Virus record (IMG/VR): IMGVR_UViG_3300017991_005548
Location: 186,001-250,000 of that record
Length of the DNA stretch: 64,000 bases
Strand: one strand, 5' to 3'
Positions 19,433 through 28,265 of the stretch are shown in pieces. Position 1 is the stretch's first letter; each line of letters starts with the position of its first letter. The notes below the pieces were generated by a model, which saw only the letters and a program-made list of their open reading frames with translations, searched no databases and had not been told where the DNA came from. The translations under genes were made by a program, and so were the position numbers.

Positions 19433-20383
19433 TTATGGATTTACTTCTAGCCCCATTCTTGCATATTCTTCTAGATTTATCGCTGGATTTGAGGCTTTGA
19501 CTTTTACAAAAGTCGAATGGTCACATTCTTTCCACAAATCTTCTCTATCCTCTCCCCCTTCAAAGATTATCATATCATAATCTATGTGTGCGGGAGTCAT
19601 CCACTCTCCATTATGCCAAATCTGGAAATCCACATCTGCATCTCTATATTGGTTCAACTTGTTGATATGGACTTCTGCATAAAGGAAATCTGGTGGTTTT
19701 TCAATTTTTAATGTATATTTATTATAGCCTGCTGGGACTATCCAAGGGTTTTGGAAAACAAAATACAAATCTTTTGAAACTTTTAACAAATCACCTCTTT
19801 GTTGAACCCAATTCCCCTTTTCATACCAATTCTTATTTTGAGAGAATGAAACAATTCCCCTTCTAACAACATTTTGCTTATCCTTATATGTCCCATAATA
19901 TCCTGATTTAGCAATGGGACTGTAAAAAGTCAGATGACTTCCATCGGCCTCCACTTGTCTTCGAGCGTTATTAAAGGCTCTAACTTCTTCATCTTCCTCT
20001 TCTTCAATAGGATCAGCTTCTTGAGGAGCGTTCGGATCAGCTTCTTGAGGAGCGTTCGGATCAGCTTCTTGAGGAGCGTTCGGATCTATCCCTGCCAGAA
20101 GTTGAGCATTTCGTTCTCTCTCCAATAATTCAAAAAGATCATCTGGTTCATCTATGTCTGGAATTTTCATTTTTCCATCTTTCAACGCATCGTCTATTTG
20201 TTCTGGAGTTAGAGGTTTTTTATAACCTTTTATCTTCCCTTGTTTATCAAGTACTGGTTGCCTTTCTTCTTGCGTCCAGCCTATTTCTTTTAGCCTATTC
20301 TGATATTCTTTACATTCTATATAGTCTGCTCTTTGAGCCTCTTTAAGAAAAGAATAAAATTCAAATTGCTTGTACCAACTCAT
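19433..20383 (-). CDS. Hypothetical protein, 316 aa (MSWYKQ...KEAQ)
   Basis: GGAG SD; internal tandem repeat. Confidence 0.75.
   Translation of the reverse strand: MSWYKQFEFYSFLKEAQRADYIECKEYQNRLKEIGWTQEERQPVLDKQGKIKGYKKPLTPEQIDDALKDGKMKIPDIDEPDDLFELLERERNAQLLAGIDPNAPQEADPNAPQEADPNAPQEADPIEEEEDEEVRAFNNARRQVEADGSHLTFYSPIAKSGYYGTYKDKQNVVRRGIVSFSQNKNWYEKGNWVQQRGDLLKVSKDLYFVFQNPWIVPAGYNKYTLKIEKPPDFLYAEVHINKLNQYRDADVDFQIWHNGEWMTPAHIDYDMIIFEGGEDREDLWKECDHSTFVKVKASNPAINLEEYARMGLEVNP
20010..20086. repeat. 24-bp coding tandem repeat x3 (DPNAPQEA)
   Basis: GGATCAGCTTCTTGAGGAGCGTTC repeated three times. Confidence 0.95.
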
Positions 20384-20399
20384 AGAATCTCCTAAAAAC

Positions 20400-20807
20400 T
20401 TATAACATCATTAAATCACTAAAATCTGTATCTTCTCTTTCAGGTGGGTTACAAAGTTCCTCAAGCTGTTCTACAGAAAGGCTTGGCTTAATATTGTCAA
20501 GTCCTCTGAACTCAACAACTTGATCGGTCCCCTTGTTTTTAAGAACTATGGCGTAAAGATCTCCACTAATGAAGTAAACGGATATATCATTTCTAGCAAG
20601 ATATTCTCTGGCATAAGATTCTGACTGGACACTCCAACCACCTTCTTGACCCAGTTCCATTAGTCTTTTTACACCTGTAACATCTTCTTTCGTAAAATTG
20701 AAGTTTCTGTTTGCAGTTTTTAGCCAACCAGATTTCTGACCCATGACCAACCACTCTTTTTTAGACATTTGAACTGTTGTCTTTCCAGCTTTTCTAACTA
20801 GTTTCAT
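20400..20807 (-). CDS. Leader-bearing protein, 135 aa (MKLVRKAG...WLKTAN)
   Basis: Extended leader shared with 17613-19370 and 24815-25213. Confidence 0.75.
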   Translation of the reverse strand: MKLVRKAGKTTVQMSKKEWLVMGQKSGWLKTANRNFNFTKEDVTGVKRLMELGQEGGWSVQSESYAREYLARNDISVYFISGDLYAIVLKNKGTDQVVEFRGLDNIKPSLSVEQLEELCNPPEREDTDFSDLMML

Positions 20808-20810
20808 TAT

Positions 20811-21092
20811 TTACTCCTCAACATTAGCAACATCTTTTTCAGATGGTGCTTGGCCATGTTCCAGATGCATTTTCATTGCATCACGTAGCTTGAATTTATC
20901 TGTATATCTAACAGTAATTACTCCACCTGGATAAATGAGGTCCCAGCAGATTTCACCATCACAATCTTTATTCCTAATCATCCCTCCAGCATCACGCCAT
21001 CTGTCGATTAGTTCTTCCATTTCTCTTCTAAAAACAAAGACATCATTCTCTCTTTGTAAAAATGGCATCGCTATTTTAATAATCTTCATCAA
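20811..21092 (-). CDS. Leader-bearing protein, 93 aa (MMKIIKIA)
   Basis: First gene after an AGG-N19-GAA motif. Confidence 0.7.
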   Translation of the reverse strand: MMKIIKIAMPFLQRENDVFVFRREMEELIDRWRDAGGMIRNKDCDGEICWDLIYPGGVITVRYTDKFKLRDAMKMHLEHGQAPSEKDVANVEE

Positions 21093-21160
21093 ATATCCCC
21101 AAATGAATTGCTTATTCTAATTTATTCTTCAATATCAACCATCTAACCTTCATTAACACA

Positions 21161-21186
21161 AAAAAAGCCCCTTGATTTCAAGGGGC
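21161..21186 (-). terminator. Rho-independent terminator
   Basis: GCCCCTTGA/TCAAGGGGC stem plus T run. Confidence 0.8.
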
Positions 21187-21266
21187 AGAAATAATGCTCT
21201 GTCATTCAGGGAAGCAAAAATAATGCCTTATTCCCAAACAGCATCCATAAGTTCATATATTTATTT

Positions 21267-21842
21267 TTATTTATTCTCGCAGACATCTATTAACTCATAG
21301 ATTAAATCTTTTTGATCATCTGTGAATTTCCATCGGACATTAACATTTTTGTCTGCCCAGTCTTTTGCGCTATTACCTTTCTCTTGCCCCATACTGACCC
21401 AATCAGCCACCATTTCAGCTATGTCAATGTCCCCCATCTTAGTGCCATCAATCATTTTTTCGGGTGGTTTGTCTCTATCATTTCTGTTGATGAGATCGAC
21501 CGTTTCAGATGAATGAAACTCTGGATGATGCCTATTACTTTTTACATGATGCTCAGTAGCTTTATTCATCTTTTCATCCATCCCATCTGGCGGTTCCCAG
21601 TCTACACCATCATCTTTGCATTTATAACTCCATGTTACATAAAGATATGGTTCATACTCTGGATCTTCAAATTTACTATCGTCATGATGACTGGCCTGTT
21701 CGATAAGGTCTTCGAATTTGTCATCGTAGTCAGCAATCTTTTTGCAGTATTTCTGAACTCGCTTGATATGTTCTCTAGTTCTTTTTTCAAAGAACTCTTC
21801 TATTTCTTTCTTCTCACTTTTCGCTGTCCTGATTAATTTCAT
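21267..21842 (-). CDS. HD-like metal-binding protein (DUF5662-like) with MKLIRTAK leader
   Basis: REHIKRV, HHDDSKF, HHVKSNRHHPE, EMVADW; GGAGG SD. Confidence 0.7.
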   Translation of the reverse strand: MKLIRTAKSEKKEIEEFFEKRTREHIKRVQKYCKKIADYDDKFEDLIEQASHHDDSKFEDPEYEPYLYVTWSYKCKDDGVDWEPPDGMDEKMNKATEHHVKSNRHHPEFHSSETVDLINRNDRDKPPEKMIDGTKMGDIDIAEMVADWVSMGQEKGNSAKDWADKNVNVRWKFTDDQKDLIYELIDVCENK

Positions 21843-21864
21843 TGTAATACCTCCATGATTATTA

Positions 21865-21897
21865 TACAAAAAACCCCTTGTAGAGACAAGGGGTTTA
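21865..21897 (-). terminator. Rho-independent terminator with TGTATAAT immediately downstream
   Basis: AAACCCCTTGT/ACAAGGGGTTT stem. Confidence 0.75.
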
Positions 21898-21913
21898 GAT
21901 GTACACAGAAAGC

Positions 21914-22228
21914 TTATTTTTCTGGTTTGGGTTGTGGAGGTTGGGGTCTGCCTTTTCCATGGCCTCTCATGCCTTTTCCAGGGCCATTACCATGTCTTCC
22001 CCTCATGCCTTCACGATGACGCTTCATCCTTTCTTTCATCATAGCAGTTAACTCTGAACGATCTAACTTACCATCTTTGTCAACGTCAAAGTTTTCCATG
22101 ACTCTGTCCAATACCTTTTCCAAACACTTCTCTGGACTTGGACGTTCAGGGCGTTCGGGTCTCTCGGTTTCTTGGGCTGAAAGAGTGCAGGCAAAAACTA
22201 GGGCGAGTAATACGATTAATGCTTTCAT
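21914..22228 (-). CDS. Secreted EF-hand protein, 104 aa
   Basis: Signal peptide MKALIVLLALVFACTLSA-QE; EF-hand loop DVDKDGKLDRSE; AAAGGAG SD. Confidence 0.75.
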   Translation of the reverse strand: MKALIVLLALVFACTLSAQETERPERPERPSPEKCLEKVLDRVMENFDVDKDGKLDRSELTAMMKERMKRHREGMRGRHGNGPGKGMRGHGKGRPQPPQPKPEK

Positions 22229-22354
22229 AATAAGATCTCCTTTATTAAGCAATGAATTTGTTAACGCAAGTGCTGTGCCAAATGTTTTATTGGGTAAATG
22301 GTCACTATAGTGCGCAAATATTAGAATTTTGGTAAAAATAGTGCGCAAAATATG

Positions 22355-22684
22355 CTATCTAAACTCATTTCCCCATTTGTCGAGGTTTTCGTATGGTATT
22401 GTAAACAAATAATCTTCAACTTTGCTTGAACGTGTCCCAAAAGAGACATCATAATATATCCCATCACATTTGACTAAAGCGTGGTTAACTCCATCCTTTC
22501 TACAAACAACAACATCTGCTTTGTATCCCGCTTCTCTTAATGCTTTGCAATACCTTCCACACAGATTACTGCAATCATTGGCATTGGGAATCTTCTTTTC
22601 TTTATTAAGTGACCAGAAAATATCTGGTAATGGTATTTTTTGAAAATTTAGTAATTTGTATAAGAACGATTTGAACCATTTCAT
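22355..22684 (-). CDS. Small transglutaminase/papain-fold protein
   Basis: NDCSN...NHAL...YYD Cys-His-Asp pattern. Confidence 0.55.
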   Translation of the reverse strand: MKWFKSFLYKLLNFQKIPLPDIFWSLNKEKKIPNANDCSNLCGRYCKALREAGYKADVVVCRKDGVNHALVKCDGIYYDVSFGTRSSKVEDYLFTIPYENLDKWGNEFR

Positions 22685-22690
22685 GATCAC

Positions 22691-23107
22691 TTAACATTCG
22701 TATGATGTCCTCTTTTCATACTCTGGGCTTCTAGAATAGCTCGTTATAAATACATCAGGGTAATTAGCACCGAATTGATCTGCCGTAATGTCAATTATTA
22801 CCTTATTGTTTAATTCAACCCAGCAATGGTAACTCTTCATACAGTTCCCGCAAACTTTTTTGGCATCGAACCCTCTTTTATTAAGTTCTGCGCACAATTC
22901 TTCGCTCATCATTTCACAGAATGGAGGAGATAGGAATTTTCCCCCGCTAAGAATTTCGTCTAACCGTTCTCTTTTTTCATCATCGTTGTCATAATCTTCA
23001 TTAACTTCTTCAAGTAGCTCTGAAACATATTCATCCATCATTCTTTCTCTGATCTCTGAAGCGATCTCAAAAATAATCCCCATTCTTGCTACTTTAATGA
23101 TTTTCAT
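22691..23107 (-). CDS. Leader-bearing (MKIIKVAR) transglutaminase/papain-fold protein
   Basis: FCEMMS...YHCWVE...IDITADQF. Confidence 0.6.
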   Translation of the reverse strand: MKIIKVARMGIIFEIASEIRERMMDEYVSELLEEVNEDYDNDDEKRERLDEILSGGKFLSPPFCEMMSEELCAELNKRGFDAKKVCGNCMKSYHCWVELNNKVIIDITADQFGANYPDVFITSYSRSPEYEKRTSYEC

Positions 23108-23108
23108 A

Positions 23109-23390
23109 TTAACCAAGAGTATCTTGAACTCTGTCCTCTCGTAACCAAAATTCTCCACTTCCACCAACAGGTTTCAATTTATATTGTGTCCTGCCGAACA
23201 TTTTACGTTTACTAAGAACTTCAACAGGAAAGAAAACAGAAGTTGACCCTCTTCCAATTTCATAAAACTGAGCATATTTTATTTGTCCAACTTCGCTCTC
23301 ATCCAGTTCCATCTCTTCTGGCACTTTTCTTTCTGGCTCTTCCTTCTGTGGCATAGGAGGAATTACTTGAGCCGCCTTCATTATTTTCAT
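23109..23390 (-). CDS. Leader-bearing protein, 93 aa (MKIMKAAQ)
   Basis: Coupled ORF. Confidence 0.7.
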   Translation of the reverse strand: MKIMKAAQVIPPMPQKEEPERKVPEEMELDESEVGQIKYAQFYEIGRGSTSVFFPVEVLSKRKMFGRTQYKLKPVGGSGEFWLREDRVQDTLG

Positions 23391-23815
23391 TATCCATCTC
23401 CTTTTATTATCTCGAATCCATTATCTAACCAACCTGCAACTGGAACTCCTTCAACAGGAGAGATGCCCATGCCAAATTTCAAAGAGACGACATCATATCC
23501 AAGCATTCTCAAAAGAACCAAAGCTTGACTGGAAGTATGACCAACATAACAAACAAGAAGAATCTTTTTGTCTTTAGGTAATTTATCCAGGTTCTCTTTT
23601 TCTAATAAATCTAGCCAGAAAATGTTCTCTGCTCCTTCGATATGCCCTTCAGCAAAGTCTTCGGGCTTTCTTATGTCTAAGATGAAGAAGTTATCCAAGC
23701 CTTTTTCCTTCAACTCAACAGGAGTGATGTAGTTCCAAGTATCGTCTGTTTTGTCAATGAACTCTTTCAGCTTTTCCGTGAAAGTTAGATCGCATGATAT
23801 TTTTATGAGCTTCAT
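23390..23815 (-). CDS. Rhodanese-domain protein with MKLIKIS leader
   Basis: ILDIRKPEDFAEGHIEGAENI and active-site loop CYVGHTS. Confidence 0.85.
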   Translation of the reverse strand: MKLIKISCDLTFTEKLKEFIDKTDDTWNYITPVELKEKGLDNFFILDIRKPEDFAEGHIEGAENIFWLDLLEKENLDKLPKDKKILLVCYVGHTSSQALVLLRMLGYDVVSLKFGMGISPVEGVPVAGWLDNGFEIIKGDG

Positions 23816-23880
23816 TCACCCTTCCTTAATTCATAAGTATAGTCTTATTATACTTCTAAATAAGGTGTTAGTATCCCTAC

Positions 23881-23965
23881 ACAAAAATACCCCCTGAGGC
23901 GAACCTAAGCAAGTCCATCGCAAGCGATATACTCGCTTTGAGACGAATCCCAAGGGGCAAATACT
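23881..23965 (-). repeat. Repeated terminator-like element, chimeric copy
   Basis: Left half matches 25867-25890, right half matches 24757-24779, with an inserted mini-hairpin. Confidence 0.75.
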
Positions 23966-23968
23966 AAG

Positions 23969-24322
23969 TTACCTGTTGGGTTTTATGACTATTACATCAA
24001 AAACTCCACTATTTTGATCATTAGCTTCATCTAATGAATCTATGTCAGGGGACATTCGCTCTACGGAATCTATGTGTCGCTCATCAGGTGTTATTTCCTC
24101 TAAGGAATCGACATACTGCTCATCAAACTCTTCTAAACTATCTGTAACTTTCATGACAACTTGGCGATTTTCTATTTCATCCCAAATGTCACTAAGATCG
24201 TTATGACTTTCTACGAAACCTAAGCTTCCAACTCTCATTTGGGTATTAGTATCAGTATTGTGTATGTAAATTACCCCAGTTTCATAAACCCTCAGTTCAC
24301 AATTCCTAATGATTATTTCCAC
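23969..24322 (-). CDS. Hypothetical protein, 117 aa (GTG start)
   Basis: AGGAG SD. Confidence 0.65.
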   Translation of the reverse strand: MEIIIRNCELRVYETGVIYIHNTDTNTQMRVGSLGFVESHNDLSDIWDEIENRQVVMKVTDSLEEFDEQYVDSLEEITPDERHIDSVERMSPDIDSLDEANDQNSGVFDVIVIKPNR

Positions 24323-24352
24323 TTTTGGCTCCTAGTTTATTACAGTAATCCT

Positions 24353-24604
24353 TTATTCACCTTCTCTGTACCTTCTTCTTTCCAAACATCTATTGTAATT
24401 GTCTCGATAATTTAACTCTATGTCAGGATTTGGCAACAATCTAAGATTGACACTAATCTGGGTTATAATATCCTCTATGCTATCCCCAATTAGTACTTGC
24501 TTACCTTGTTCAACATTGCACGCAATATAATCTTCCACCAAATTTTCCTCTATCTCGCCAAGAACCTGAAATCCATTAAAAATAGTTACTAGCGTCTTCT
24601 TCAT
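24353..24604 (-). CDS. Hypothetical protein, 83 aa
   Basis: GAGGT SD; TGTATAAT upstream. Confidence 0.65.
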   Translation of the reverse strand: MKKTLVTIFNGFQVLGEIEENLVEDYIACNVEQGKQVLIGDSIEDIITQISVNLRLLPNPDIELNYRDNYNRCLERRRYREGE

Positions 24605-24740
24605 GATTTAACCTCTTTATGCTACTTACCATAAGGACATTATACAGATAACCTTGATTCATTTTTCTCTTGTAAAAAGCAACATTTTTCCACCTGGACT
24701 CTTACTATCAGAGATTCTGGTTTTCAAGCAAAATCGACAA

Positions 24741-24796
24741 AAAAAATGCCCCTTGGGACGAATCCCAAGGGGCAAATATCTTTTACGAAATATCTA
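24741..24796 (-). terminator. Repeated terminator element
   Basis: TGCCCCTTGGGA-CGAA-TCCCAAGGGGCA on the + strand (UUCG loop on the - strand) plus T run. Confidence 0.8.
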
Positions 24797-24814
24797 CAGA
24801 GTAGGTGTAAATAA

Positions 24815-25213
24815 TTAGCTGTCTTGAATTCCTTCTCTTGCTTTTTGGAGTTTGTCCATTAGCATTTGGTGTTCTTCAGGAGTAGGTTCCTCTGGAACTA
24901 TGTCTTCCATTTCGTCATGCTCAAACAAATCCCAAAGCCCTTGCCTTTTTAATTGCTCTTCTATTATAGCCGCACGGAATTTATTGCATTTACCTTCGAA
25001 ATAATCATCTACTTCAGCCAAATCAAGTGGTTGGTTTATAGCATCTTGGAAAATTTTTCTGAACCTGGCTAATACAGCTTCTGTACCTCCATCCCAATCT
25101 CCTTCCAAATCGTTTGCTTTTTTCATCCACCCAGCCTTCTTCCCCATATCAGTCCACTCTTTGCGAGTCATCTTAATCCTAGTTTTTCCACCAGCAGTTT
25201 TAACTATTTTCAT
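24815..25213 (-). CDS. Leader-bearing protein, 132 aa (MKIVKTAG...WMKKAN)
   Basis: GGAG SD; AGG-N18-GAA motif upstream. Confidence 0.75.
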   Translation of the reverse strand: MKIVKTAGGKTRIKMTRKEWTDMGKKAGWMKKANDLEGDWDGGTEAVLARFRKIFQDAINQPLDLAEVDDYFEGKCNKFRAAIIEEQLKRQGLWDLFEHDEMEDIVPEEPTPEEHQMLMDKLQKAREGIQDS

Positions 25214-25292
25214 TTTAATCTCTCCATTAAGGTCTTAATTCTAATTTATTCAAAATCTTTTCTTTTGATCCTTTAATCAGCAGTAATTGTTA

Positions 25293-25820
25293 TTAAGCCT
25301 TTGCCCAAGCCAAGCCTACCCCATTTACACCTAAAGCATTTTTACATGCTTCTATCGTTGTACCTTTAGTTATTACATTATCAACAAAATAAACATTCTT
25401 GTTGTCTAAATCCATAACGTCTGCATCATCTCTGACAATCATATTGTGCTCTTCAACCGTGTAATTAGGAAGATTTTGCTTTCTCCTTTGATGAGATGGT
25501 TCTATACTAGAAGACCGACCCAATGGATCATATATCTCAGATCCAGTTATTTTAGCAATTGCCTCGCATAAAAGCATGTTTGACCCCCTATCCCCTGATG
25601 ATGATGGAACTGGTACTAAGAGGCTATTAGATGCAACATATTTCGCCATAGTATCAGCCGCTATCTTAATGGCATCTGAATTTTTGTTCTTTATTTCGTA
25701 AGATATCTTTCTAACAAAAGCTTCTTGCTGTGATAGTTCTCTTCTTCTAGGAGAAATATATTGATAAATGGCTATATTTTTGCCATCATTTAAAAATTGA
25801 GCTTTTTTATACCAGTTCAT
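25293..25820 (-). CDS. ComF-like phosphoribosyltransferase with MNWYKKAQ leader
   Basis: LVPVPSS and PRPP-binding VYFVDNVITKGTTIEAC. Confidence 0.75.
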   Translation of the reverse strand: MNWYKKAQFLNDGKNIAIYQYISPRRRELSQQEAFVRKISYEIKNKNSDAIKIAADTMAKYVASNSLLVPVPSSSGDRGSNMLLCEAIAKITGSEIYDPLGRSSSIEPSHQRRKQNLPNYTVEEHNMIVRDDADVMDLDNKNVYFVDNVITKGTTIEACKNALGVNGVGLAWAKA

Positions 25821-25860
25821 AACAATATTAATTCAAAAATCTGTTCTTCTGACCCTTTGT

Positions 25861-25921
25861 AAACACAAAAATATCCCCTGAGGCGAACCTCAGGGGATAA
25901 ATACTTTCTACGAGATATCTA
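25861..25921 (-). terminator. Repeated terminator element after the major capsid gene
   Basis: TATCCCCTGAGG-CGAA-CCTCAGGGGATA on the + strand. Confidence 0.85.
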
Positions 25922-25930
25922 AGCTTTCGC

Positions 25931-26794
25931 TTAGCTACCAGCGGTAACTGTGACCTTGGCTACTGCGTAGGTATTGATGATTACAATACCAACTTCCTCA
26001 TAAATTACCCAACCGAGGCGGAGCTTCTTTGGATCGTCTGCTGGGAGGACGGTGATATCCTGACGAATCGGGAATGCACCAACGTACTCAGCAGGAGCGA
26101 GCAAGAAGACGGTATCGGTAGGCATCTTTGAAGATACGTGAATATCAGCAGTAAAGAGATGTCCGAACAAACCAGTTGTAAGAACTTCTTTCTGTGTTGC
26201 TTCATCATAGACAGTCTTACCAAATCCACGAATGTCAGCGTAACGAAGAGCATGCATAACAAGCTTACCTACTGTGAGGTCGTGCTGTTCGATGGTTGCG
26301 AAAGCTTGGTTCAAGGCGTTAAGGGTAAGAGCACCACCAGTTGAAACAACGGTATGTGCGGCATCAATTGCGGCGGCGATAGCGTTGAAGATGTTAAGAT
26401 CTTCTTCCTTCTGAATCGCTTCTTTAGCTTTGATCTGAGCACGGTCTACAATGTAGAATCTACGAGCTTTAATCTCACTCAAGCGAATAGTAGGATTGGT
26501 TGCAATCTCGAACGTAGGAACGAGAATTTCTTCACCTTCGGTAATACCATCAGGTACAGCGCCACGACGAGGAATAACCTGGGCGGTCTGGCGAACGTCT
26601 TTCTCGTAACGTGCATAAGCGCCCTGAGGAAGCTCATCCACCATGAGAAGTTTACGTCCAACTGCTTGATATTCCAATGCTCTACGAATTGGCTCGACCA
26701 TGGCCTGAGCCAATGCTACTCTACCTTCAGGTGTCTCAAGCGCCTGAGCGATAAGAGCTTCTCTTTCTGCATTAACAGATCTTTTATTAATCAT
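25931..26794 (-). CDS. Major capsid protein, HK97 fold, 287 aa
   Basis: E-loop/P-domain pattern (GRKLLMVDELPQG, VPTFEIATNP, GWVIYEEVG); strong GGAG SD; downstream of protease and decoration genes. Confidence 0.85.
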   Translation of the reverse strand: MINKRSVNAEREALIAQALETPEGRVALAQAMVEPIRRALEYQAVGRKLLMVDELPQGAYARYEKDVRQTAQVIPRRGAVPDGITEGEEILVPTFEIATNPTIRLSEIKARRFYIVDRAQIKAKEAIQKEEDLNIFNAIAAAIDAAHTVVSTGGALTLNALNQAFATIEQHDLTVGKLVMHALRYADIRGFGKTVYDEATQKEVLTTGLFGHLFTADIHVSSKMPTDTVFLLAPAEYVGAFPIRQDITVLPADDPKKLRLGWVIYEEVGIVIINTYAVAKVTVTAGS

Positions 26795-26864
26795 TTTGTT
26801 TCTCTCCTAATTAGTTGTTCTATAGGGGGTAATAGCCTATAAAATAAACCTTTTTTACTATACC

Positions 26865-27386
26865 TTATACAAGAAGCTTGTATTCGATATAAGTGTTAGA
26901 GTTATCGCCAGCAAGGGCCTGATCGCCATTGATGTCGATGCCAGGTACGCCACTTGGGTATGAGCCAGCGGCACGAGTCAAACGAGCAACAGGAGTTCCA
27001 GTGGTCAAACCACCTTCATCTGTAGTGTCGAGTACACCAAGGGCATTACCATAAAGCAATGCGCCAGGATTGGCGGATGATACGTTTGAAGCGAACTGGT
27101 CGGTTGCAAACTCACCACCTGAGTGATAGACAGTCATTTTACCTGAAGCTTTGGTTTCGTCAAAATAATCGGAAACCCTGTTCTGCCATCCTGCTGAGAT
27201 GCCAGGCATTGCTGAAGCGCTAGTTGACTTGGTGTCACCAGCTACACCGTAAACGGCGGCGTTGGTGCTTGCAAGTACTACTTCGCCAGATGTATTAAGA
27301 GAGACAAGCTGTCCTTCTTTAATAGTTTCGCCAGAGGCGACATCCTGTTCAGCGGCTACTACATGAAATTTTTCTACAAGAGCCAT
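26865..27386 (-). CDS. Capsid decoration/cement-like protein
   Basis: Small G/A/T-rich beta protein immediately upstream of the MCP. Confidence 0.65.
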   Translation of the reverse strand: MALVEKFHVVAAEQDVASGETIKEGQLVSLNTSGEVVLASTNAAVYGVAGDTKSTSASAMPGISAGWQNRVSDYFDETKASGKMTVYHSGGEFATDQFASNVSSANPGALLYGNALGVLDTTDEGGLTTGTPVARLTRAAGSYPSGVPGIDINGDQALAGDNSNTYIEYKLLV

Positions 27387-27675
27387 TTTTTGTTTCTCCT
27401 TTTAGAGTTAATTTTTTGTCAATTTTCATTGACGGTTTTTTAACCAATTTGGTAAACGAAAACCAGCTTAACGCTACGATCTTTCTTCATTGATTTACTG
27501 AAAAAGTTGCCGTCATCTTATTAATCAAAACTGCAAACATTGAATTACTTACCAACTTGTTATATCCCTTTGTTCTATATTAATAAGGTGATTTCCTGCT
27601 TACTATACAAAAAAACCACGAAATATTGCTGATAAAAGCCATATTTCGTGGTTTTGGCACAAAAATGATTGTTGT

Positions 27676-27909
27676 TTATTCTTTTAGAGACTTTCTTCTT
27701 TGCAATTCTTTTTTCATAGCATCTCTGGTTTTATCTAACTCTTCTAAGTCATATCCCCAATCGATACCATAATTTTCCTGTTCAATAATTTGATTATCAT
27801 AATAAAGCCAAGCCAACTCATTTTCTAATTCTTCTGTTGGAATTTCTTCTATTGGTTCTTTAGATATAATGTATTTATGTTCTTTGTTAGACACTCTTAT
27901 TAATTTCAT
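27676..27909 (-). CDS. Leader-bearing protein, 77 aa (MKLIRVSN)
   Basis: Coupled ORF. Confidence 0.65.
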   Translation of the reverse strand: MKLIRVSNKEHKYIISKEPIEEIPTEELENELAWLYYDNQIIEQENYGIDWGYDLEELDKTRDAMKKELQRRKSLKE

Positions 27910-28157
27910 AATTTCCCCAATATTTCATCTAATCTTGTTGAAATCTCGACATCTGATAATTGTCTGAATGGAGCCTTAAATACAGTCCCAGACGGCAATG
28001 TAACCTGCACCTTGTCTCCACCTCCCAACACCTCTCTAAACTCATGATAAGTTAATCTATTGGGCTTGGCTCTTAATCCCTTGACATATACGACATTGTT
28101 GTTTGAGTCTACCCAAACAATCGATGGAATTTTAGAAGATATCTTGATTATTTTCAT
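27906..28157 (-). CDS. Leader-bearing protein, 83 aa (MKIIKISS)
   Basis: First gene after an AGG-N19-GAA motif. Confidence 0.65.
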   Translation of the reverse strand: MKIIKISSKIPSIVWVDSNNNVVYVKGLRAKPNRLTYHEFREVLGGGDKVQVTLPSGTVFKAPFRQLSDVEISTRLDEILGKL

Positions 28158-28200
28158 AACAATTAATTCACTAATATAAAAAGAACTTCCTTTAAGAATA

Positions 28201-28250
28201 CAAAAAAAAGCCGCTCCGGTTTGCTTGCGAACAAGCAGAAGAGCGGCTTT
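28201..28250 (-). terminator. Terminator with a nested UUCG hairpin
   Basis: AAGCCGCTC...GAGCGGCTT enclosing TGCTTG-TTCG-CAAGCA, then T run. Confidence 0.75.
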
Positions 28251-28265
28251 TAGAGTTAACCGAAC

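Noticed and set aside
3429-20086. CRISPR arrays at the tandem repeats (3429, ~4170, 20010; also ~57500)
   Set aside because: No spacers; unit lengths are multiples of 3 inside ORFs, so these are coding repeats
21914-22690. Amber-readthrough fusion of the transglutaminase-like ORF to the in-frame EF-hand ORF
   Set aside because: The intervening 42 codons look intergenic, and the EF-hand gene has its own strong SD and signal peptide
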